Assembly: GCA_900316365.1 (NCBI GenBank)
Contig: ONCO01000001.1
Span: 3,675-67,674, forward strand
Length of the DNA: 64,000 nt
Origin: an uncultured Erysipelotrichaceae bacterium
Lineage (GTDB): Bacteria > Bacillota_I > Bacilli_A > RFN20 > CAG-826
Reading direction: 5' to 3'
In this document: piece by piece, positions 57,323 through 64,000 of the stretch
Layout: each line of letters starts with the position of its first letter
Position numbering within the stretch: the first letter of the stretch is position 1
Translations under genes and position numbers: made by a program
Notes under the pieces: model-generated
Database searches by the model: none
Told to the model about the DNA's origin: nothing
The model's input: only the letters and a program-made list of their open reading frames with translations

Positions 57323-58924
57323 TTAAGCATTAATAAGGTTTCTGTATTCTTTTAAAGAGCCGCTTTTGAGATTGTCGGCGTAGGTAATGTAACGCTTGCC
57401 ATTAAAAACCGTTGATACGACAATCGAGGTGGCAAACCAGTTCTCGGAAAAGGTTAGATCTACATAAGATAAAGGCTCGATTGTGAAATCTGATAAATCG
57501 ACCAGGGAGGAACTCCATGTCTTTGCATCATTAAGGTTGCACATTTTGCGATTGTATTGGCCTTGGATTTTTACGTATGTAGTGTTTTTAACTCTGACGG
57601 TCCAAGTGCTTCCGCTTTTTCTTGGGAGCGATAATTGTAGGTATATGTTGCTTGCGGATAAGAATCTTGTTGGCGAATAGCATGTTTTGCCGTAGGAACT
57701 AATAAGGGTTGTGTTGCCGATGTCCTCATATAAAGCCACCTCGACTATATAGCTGCCGTCGTGATACAGGTTTCGGCTTATGGCCCTGACGTCTTCTTTA
57801 CCCAACATAAAGATATGACTCATGTTAACGTTAATATGGCGAAATACGGTGTAATTATTGCTGCGAAGGAATCTAACCTCGTAGTGACCCTTACTTAAAA
57901 ACCATTTTTCTTTGAGACCATCCCACTCGAAAACTGGGGCCACGTCGACGTAGTTGAAATCGTCGATGATGTTGTTCGGCGCTGCGGTTTCGCAAGCGCA
58001 GTGAGTGATGATTCGGTCGCCGTCGTGATATTCGTAATTGTTGGAGTGTGAGTGTTCGTTTTTGAAGACAAAGGCGACCACGCTAGCATATACATCATAC
58101 CCCTTAACTTCAGCGGTCTTATGTGTTTGATTGGTGCCCCAACCGAAATGGCAATACAATCTGTCGGTCGGTTCGTAATAATCATAAGCAACGACAACGT
58201 GTCCAATTCGACGATAACTGTCGGTGTAAACACATAAAGCTACAGGGATGCCTTGCTTAACATATTGAATGGCTTTTTGTTTGACAGAATTGGAATCACG
58301 ACTAGCGTAAAGTTCCACATCTACAGTTTCCTTGGCATAGCCTCTATAGTCGTAGATATAATGCTGGGAGAGTTCTTTGATTGTTTCTCCATATACGAGG
58401 TAATTACCTTCGTGATTAAGAGAATAGTTTTTGCCTATATCCAGCAAAAGGTAGTGAAGATAATCGTTTTTGTAAGTGGTTATATTATCGTGGTATTCAG
58501 ACGCTGACGTATTGATATAAGTAGCTTCGTCTTCTCTTGTGGCACCAGGCGATTCAACCTCGAGTGTGATATGGTTGCTAGATAAAACTGTATGGGTCTC
58601 GTAGCGTTCTTCGACAATGTTATCGTCCCAATACGTGTCCCAAAAAGAAAGGAGCATTCCAGTAGCAATGTATCCGCACGAATTATGCTCGTTGGAACCG
58701 TAGTTATGAGTCAAATTGTTGAAGTAATACGGGGCATAATAATCCCGCAAACAAATGTTGTCGTTTGTATTTAGAGCTTCAAGGCGTTGAGACGGAGCTG
58801 CATTAAAATTAACGGAATTGTCGAGATTCGCCTGGGCAAAACCGCGGTGATTTTGCTCGTTGCCACGGCTGCTTGTCATAGCGAACGAAAGCGCAATAAA
58901 AAACGGCAGTATTTTTTCCAACAT
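57323..58924 (-). CDS. Secreted papain-like (C39/C10-like) cysteine peptidase
   Basis: Signal peptide; SCGYIA..MLLSFWD (Cys), GHVVVAY (His), CHFGW; RBS AAGGAAG before ATG 58924. Confidence 0.75.
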   Translation of the reverse strand: MLEKILPFFIALSFAMTSSRGNEQNHRGFAQANLDNSVNFNAAPSQRLEALNTNDNICLRDYYAPYYFNNLTHNYGSNEHNSCGYIATGMLLSFWDTYWDDNIVEERYETHTVLSSNHITLEVESPGATREDEATYINTSASEYHDNITTYKNDYLHYLLLDIGKNYSLNHEGNYLVYGETIKELSQHYIYDYRGYAKETVDVELYASRDSNSVKQKAIQYVKQGIPVALCVYTDSYRRIGHVVVAYDYYEPTDRLYCHFGWGTNQTHKTAEVKGYDVYASVVAFVFKNEHSHSNNYEYHDGDRIITHCACETAAPNNIIDDFNYVDVAPVFEWDGLKEKWFLSKGHYEVRFLRSNNYTVFRHINVNMSHIFMLGKEDVRAISRNLYHDGSYIVEVALYEDIGNTTLISSYGKTCYSPTRFLSASNIYLQLSLPRKSGSTWTVRVKNTTYVKIQGQYNRKMCNLNDAKTWSSSLVDLSDFTIEPLSYVDLTFSENWFATSIVVSTVFNGKRYITYADNLKSGSLKEYRNLINA

Positions 58925-59357
58925 TGTTTGTTCTTCCTTTTGCTTGTTCCACCAAGAAAGTTCAATTAAGTCTTGGCCGGACGCCATATCAAGGTAACTC
59001 GGGAAGAAAAAATGACTACGCCAGATATGCGTTTATTAATATGCCAATGTTGCTATTTTGATTACTAATTAGTCAAAATAATGAAGAAAATTGAAAAACT
59101 GAGATATGATACTACAAACATTCGGAAAATACGGAAAATTCGAGATTAGATAGAAATGAATATTAATTGCAAATCCAATTTGAAGAAAATGCATTTAAAG
59201 AGCCTTTAAATGCAAACGCTTTGGTACATTCGTTTTTCATCAACAAAATATTGTCGAATTTTTGACGACGCAGCGAAGGAAACAAAACCGAGTAAGCGAA
59301 TGCCGATGCTGGGCCACTTAATGAATCGACAAAAAAGCCGGTCAACCGGCGTTTTGC

Positions 59358-60359
59358 TTATTCAGCTTTGAGGGAACGTTCCATTAAGGCTGCGGCCATC
59401 TTTTTTGGTGAGACGCCCTCATAGAGGACGGCATATACCGCATCGACGATCGGGGTTGAGATACCTTCTTTCGCCGCGTGCTCATGGATAGTTTTGCAGG
59501 CAAGCACGCCTTCGACGGTCTTTTTGTTTTCTTTTAAGACCGAGGCGGCTTCGCCGCGCTTACCGATTTCTAAGCCGAAGCTATAGTTACGGCTAGATGG
59601 GCTAGAGCAGGTAAGGAAGAGGTCGCCAACGCCGGTAAGGCCTAAGAAGGTTTTCTCCTGGGCGCCTTTATAAACGCCATAACGGGTGATTTCCGCTAAA
59701 CCGCGGGTGATAAGGGAGGCTCGCGCATTGTCTTGGTAGCCAAGGCCCATGAGGATGCCGGAAGCGATGGCGATGATATTCTTCATGCCCGCCCCGATTT
59801 CAGCACCGATGACGTCGGTGTTGGTATAGACGCGGAAGGTGGTGGAGGAAAAGGTCCTTTGGACTTCCTGAGCCGCTTCTAAATCGTCACTAACGGCGCA
59901 GACGCAGGTGTTGTCGTGGTGGATGACGTCTTTGGCAAAAGATGGACCGACCAAGGAGACGACGCTCCTAACCATATCTTTATTAGGAAGGGCCTTCTTA
60001 ATGACGGAAGTGATGCCCTCGGCAGTATTTGGATCAAAGCCTTTGATGACGTTGACGAGGAGGGGTTTGCCATCGAGGTGCTCCTTGAGCATCGCCATGA
60101 CGTTACCAATTTGGCTAGATGGCGTAGCTAAGACCAAAAGCTCAGCGCCTTTTAAAGCGACGTCCTCGTCTAAGGTAGCAGTGATGGAATCTTTGAGGGT
60201 GACGTCAGGAAAATAAGCGGCGTTCTTATGATTAAGGTTAATGTCATCGACCTCTTCTTTGCGTTTGCCGTAGAGGACGATTTCGTTATCTTCGTGCTCG
60301 GCTAGCACGCTGGCAAGGGCAGTGGCCCAGGCGCCAGATCCAATAAAAGCGATTTTCAT
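59358..60359 (-). CDS. gpsA: NAD(P)H-dependent glycerol-3-phosphate dehydrogenase
   Basis: GSGAWATALA, GPSFA, KNIIAIASG, GLTGVGDL..TC.S..SRN. Confidence 0.95.
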   Translation of the reverse strand: MKIAFIGSGAWATALASVLAEHEDNEIVLYGKRKEEVDDINLNHKNAAYFPDVTLKDSITATLDEDVALKGAELLVLATPSSQIGNVMAMLKEHLDGKPLLVNVIKGFDPNTAEGITSVIKKALPNKDMVRSVVSLVGPSFAKDVIHHDNTCVCAVSDDLEAAQEVQRTFSSTTFRVYTNTDVIGAEIGAGMKNIIAIASGILMGLGYQDNARASLITRGLAEITRYGVYKGAQEKTFLGLTGVGDLFLTCSSPSSRNYSFGLEIGKRGEAASVLKENKKTVEGVLACKTIHEHAAKEGISTPIVDAVYAVLYEGVSPKKMAAALMERSLKAE

Positions 60360-60756
60360 ACTGGGCAAGTATACCCGAAAGAGACATTTTTGGGTGTAAA
60401 AAGAAGATACTCTTTCAATTATTCGCTTTGTTTTGACATTTTTGACGTTTTCCTTGCGTGTGACTCTCGATTTGTGGAGAATATTCTTCTAACCGTCGAA
60501 TTCAGATAAAGTCAGGAATCTGAAACGGTGGTTGGATACTTCATATATACGTACAAACTATTAAATAAGTAGTGAAAACCAAATAAATCTCAAAAGCCGT
60601 ATTAATTGAGATTAGTTCGTTGGCTTCAAGTTTATTTGAAGAAAATGGTGAAAATGGTGATTAATTAAGTATTTTTAGAGATTGTATGTTCCTTGCTTTT
60701 CTCTAGAAAATGCAAATAATGAAAGTACTTAGATAATCTTTGAAAGGAGGTTCAGT

Positions 60757-61275
60757 ATGCCAAAAATTCTTGATAAGCCGCGTGAAGGTATTTTGGGAGC
60801 AGCGGAACAAGAGCTTGCTGAGAAAGGCGTTAGCGGATTCAACATCCGTGACGTTGCAAGTCTTTCTGGTGTTGCCATCGGTACCATCTACAACTATTAC
60901 GGGAACAAATTCAGTTTAATTAATTCCGTTCTCGCCAGCCTTTGGGCTAAAAGCCTTGCCAAGGCGGTCGCGATGATTAAACCTGGGGACCCAGTCGGTG
61001 CTGTTCTTGCCCTTTACGAGGCCGCCCGTGGCTACATGGATGCTGAGAGGGAAACCATCGAAGCCATTCGTGAAGCCGGACCGTACTTCGGTGATGGCGA
61101 ATTCGAGGACGATGTCATCCAGGCTGAGATCGCGAAATCTATCGCCCCAGCTCTTAGCGATGGTGTCATCCGCTGCGCCGAAACCATTTTGGCCGAACTT
61201 ATCGTCTTCGCTGCCGTTGAGCACAAGATCTCCGGCGAAGAGCTTAGAAAAGTCGTCCAGAAAATCGTTGCCTAA
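60757..61275 (+). CDS. TetR/AcrR family regulator
   Basis: FNIRDVA..SGVAIGTIYNYYGNK HTH. Confidence 0.92.
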   Translation: MPKILDKPREGILGAAEQELAEKGVSGFNIRDVASLSGVAIGTIYNYYGNKFSLINSVLASLWAKSLAKAVAMIKPGDPVGAVLALYEAARGYMDAERETIEAIREAGPYFGDGEFEDDVIQAEIAKSIAPALSDGVIRCAETILAELIVFAAVEHKISGEELRKVVQKIVA

Positions 61276-62712
61276 TTAGAGCGACTCACTATTTAACAAA
61301 GATGAAGGCGTTCCGATTTCTCGGAACGCTTTTTTCTGTATTGTGATAACGACCGGGATATAGACCAAGTCGACGAGGACCCAGCTGATTGGGAAAGCGG
61401 CATAGAGCCAAGTGACGTTATGGAATGGCTCAAGTTTGAATAAAGTGAAGAGGAAGATGATGCGGCTTACGGTGCAGCCAAAGAAGATGATGATAGCAGG
61501 AGCGGTGCTTCTCTTCATGCCGCGGACATAGGAAGAATCGATGTCCATAATGCCGTCTAACCAATAGGTGCAAAGGAAGAGGAAGAGTCTCTGTTTGCCC
61601 GCTTCGATGGCAAAAGATAAGTGTTCCTGATCAGCCTCATGGATGAATAGGCCGAGAAGTGGGTTAGCAAGAACGAAGCAGACTAAGGATGCGAGAAGGT
61701 TGGCTATGATGCTCCAGATTTGGGCGTACCAAAATACCTTTCGGATATTCTCCTTTTTACGTGCGCCATAGTTCTGGCCGACGAAAGCGACGCAGGCGCC
61801 GCTTAAGGCCTCGATAAGGGCGTAGATATAACCTTCGACCTGACCGCTAGCAGCAGAACCGTTAACGATGTCCTCGACTGGAATCCTATCGTTGGTGATG
61901 GTGTAAAGGCTCGACTGGATGAGCACGTTAGGCACACTGAAGGCCAAACCTTGCAAACCGGCTGGCAAACCGATGCGGACGATTTCCTTTAAGGCGATTG
62001 AATCGATAGCGAGTTTTTTCGGAGAAAATGATACAAATCCGCCTTTGTTGAAGGTGAAGGCCAAAATAGAGAGTATGGCGGAGACCGCTTCGGAGATGAC
62101 GGTGGCCCAGGCGACACCGGCGACATCAAGCTTGAAAACAACGACGAACAATAAGTCGAAGAGGACGTTGATTATGCCGGAGATGGTAAGGATGATTAGT
62201 GGTTTATTGGAGTCGCCTAAGGCACGCATGATCTGCGCGCAGTAGTTATAGATCATCAAGAAAGGAAGACCGACGAAATAGATGGTGAGGTAAGTGGTGG
62301 CTTTATCGATGATTGAGTCGATTGTGCCCATGAGTTTAAGGAGTGGGCCAGATAAGAAAGCACCGGCCACACCGACGGCAATGCCGAGGAATAAAGCCAA
62401 AACTAGGGCTGTATGTAGTACTTTTTCGGCGTAAACCTTGTTCCCAGAACCCTTTGCATTCGCGATTGCGACATTCGCGCCCAAGGACATCGCGAGGAAG
62501 ACCGTGATGATCATGTGGATGAGCGCACCGTTGCTGCCGACCGCCGACATAGAGCTAGAGCCGCCACCGAAATTAGCGACGGTCCAAAGGTCGATTGTGG
62601 TGTAAAGAAGCTGCAACCAAGTGGTCAAAGCCATCGGCAAAGCGAAAAGAGGAATCTTCCAGAAGAGATTCCCGGAGGTTAGATCCATCTCTTTTCCAAA
62701 CGCTTTCTTCAT
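61276..62712 (-). CDS. MATE efflux transporter
   Basis: DLTSG, QLLYTTID, RALGDS..PL, VGQNYGA. Confidence 0.93.
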   Translation of the reverse strand: MKKAFGKEMDLTSGNLFWKIPLFALPMALTTWLQLLYTTIDLWTVANFGGGSSSMSAVGSNGALIHMIITVFLAMSLGANVAIANAKGSGNKVYAEKVLHTALVLALFLGIAVGVAGAFLSGPLLKLMGTIDSIIDKATTYLTIYFVGLPFLMIYNYCAQIMRALGDSNKPLIILTISGIINVLFDLLFVVVFKLDVAGVAWATVISEAVSAILSILAFTFNKGGFVSFSPKKLAIDSIALKEIVRIGLPAGLQGLAFSVPNVLIQSSLYTITNDRIPVEDIVNGSAASGQVEGYIYALIEALSGACVAFVGQNYGARKKENIRKVFWYAQIWSIIANLLASLVCFVLANPLLGLFIHEADQEHLSFAIEAGKQRLFLFLCTYWLDGIMDIDSSYVRGMKRSTAPAIIIFFGCTVSRIIFLFTLFKLEPFHNVTWLYAAFPISWVLVDLVYIPVVITIQKKAFREIGTPSSLLNSESL

Positions 62713-62788
62713 AATCGGCCAAAATAAAAAGGCGAGCCCTATTCTATTCTTTCCTTAAAGGAAAGCAACAAGAACGGCTCGCCCTTTG

Positions 62789-63496
62789 CTATTTAGAGAA
62801 TTCGTATAGGGCAATCGAGACGGCGTTATCGAGGTTTAAGCTGTCGATTAATGGGCTGTGCGGAATAATAAGCGGCTCGCCAAGTTCGAGGAAGGAACGG
62901 TCAAGTCCGGTGGCTTCATTTCCGAAAAGAAGGGCGCACGGGTAACGTTTTTCGGCCTTCTTCAACTCCTGGGTAGCCTGCAACATGAATGGGTACGGAT
63001 ATTGCTTTTTATAGGTTTCTTGGTAGTCCTGATAGCTATCGAACATCGCGACGTGCATATCAAAGATAGCGCCCATCGAGGCACGGACCGCTTTCGGGTC
63101 GAATGGGTCGCAGGCTGGACGGATGATGGCGAGGTTAAGGAAAGAGAAACCGGCCATTGCGCGGACGATGGTGCCAAGGTTTCCGAGGTTGCTTGGATTG
63201 ACCAAAACGACATGGTTCTCATTCTCATCGAGCTTGTCGTAGAACTTCTCGAATTCGGCGATGACCATGACGTTGTCCTTCTCGGTCAACTCACGGAAGA
63301 TCTTCTCGTTATTCTCAATGATGGCGACGTGATGTTCCCTGGCCAAAGAAACAAGTTGCTTATAAGTGTCATCCCTTTTTTGGAGTGGGCTGATATAAAG
63401 CCTTCTCGCCATCTCTGGGCGATGCTTCAAGAGCTCGAAGGCGAGGGTGGTTCCTAAGGCGTAGGAAGTAGGGTTATCTTTCTTGTACTTAAACAT
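62789..63496 (-). CDS. TrmH/SpoU family RNA methyltransferase
   Basis: GNLGTIVR, VRASMGA, FGNEATGL, DSLNL. Confidence 0.92.
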   Translation of the reverse strand: MFKYKKDNPTSYALGTTLAFELLKHRPEMARRLYISPLQKRDDTYKQLVSLAREHHVAIIENNEKIFRELTEKDNVMVIAEFEKFYDKLDENENHVVLVNPSNLGNLGTIVRAMAGFSFLNLAIIRPACDPFDPKAVRASMGAIFDMHVAMFDSYQDYQETYKKQYPYPFMLQATQELKKAEKRYPCALLFGNEATGLDRSFLELGEPLIIPHSPLIDSLNLDNAVSIALYEFSK

Positions 63497-63567
63497 GGCT
63501 ACAATTATCTATCTTTTTACGACCAAAATCACTTCTTCCCTCCTATTTCTATAAAGGAGGGTTGTTT

Positions 63568-63963
63568 ATGAATGCTCAGACTAACGATGATCTTTTGATT
63601 GGGCGCATTAACAGGAAGGAGGAGAAAGCGCTTGGGATTTCGCTTACTTCCAGCGTCCTGATTTACGTCCAGGATGCGGACTTAAATAGGATGGCGGCTA
63701 AACGTCCTAATACCTATTTGGCGGATTTGGAGGAGATAGGCTCCATCATCAAAACCCCTGATTACGTTTTATATCGCGATGATGAAGAGCAATTCTATTT
63801 CGTCAGGGAATACCTTAGGAATCACGATTTTCAGAAGATTCTCGTCAAGGTTGCCCATTTAGGCACTCCGAAGCGTTGGGTGCTTCTCTCCGTCAGCAGA
63901 ACGTCAATCGAAGAGATGCGCGCGGATGACATCCGTTATGGATATGCGAAAATAAAAGCATAA
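63568..63963 (+). CDS. PBECR (Barnase/EndoU/ColE5/RelE-like) nuclease-fold protein
   Basis: RBS AAGGAGG; LEEIGSIIKTPDYV motif resembles PBECR2/3 proteins. Confidence 0.55.
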   Translation: MNAQTNDDLLIGRINRKEEKALGISLTSSVLIYVQDADLNRMAAKRPNTYLADLEEIGSIIKTPDYVLYRDDEEQFYFVREYLRNHDFQKILVKVAHLGTPKRWVLLSVSRTSIEEMRADDIRYGYAKIKA

Positions 63964-64000
63964 AACTAGTATAGTTTTCGAATCTGTGTCCCTATAATAA

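Overview
Chromosomal window, probably from an uncultured gut/rumen member of the Bacilli close to Erysipelotrichales/Mollicutes (inferred from an N-domain-less ClpB with a CIRCE operator, an MG284-like gene, many Ig-domain lipoproteins, and TGA used as stop). Housekeeping genes: gmk, acpP, tcdA, uraA-upp, hpt, clpB, cobB, trkA/trkH, yqeY, U32 family, gpsA, MATE, SpoU, and tRNA-Asn/Glu/Trp. Accessory blocks: (1) a Tad/Flp-like pilus operon with a 49-aa pilin missed by the ORF track; (2) an integrase-less region downstream of tRNA-Glu, divided into gene cassettes by a recurring att-like 33-mer plus hairpin; (3) an apparently complete IS110 inserted next to one of those junctions, with a circle-junction promoter and a bridge-RNA target guide that can be read from the sequence; (4) a small tRNA-Trp islet; (5) an Hhe-like DUF4011-helicase-Vsr defence gene; (6) a secreted cysteine peptidase plus two MacB-like ABC fusions. 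Regulatory oddities include a pyrL-like leader-peptide attenuator before uraA-upp and a 20-bp motif shared by the pilus operon and an orphan nuclease. All calls come from reading motifs by eye; no database searches or folding programs were run.
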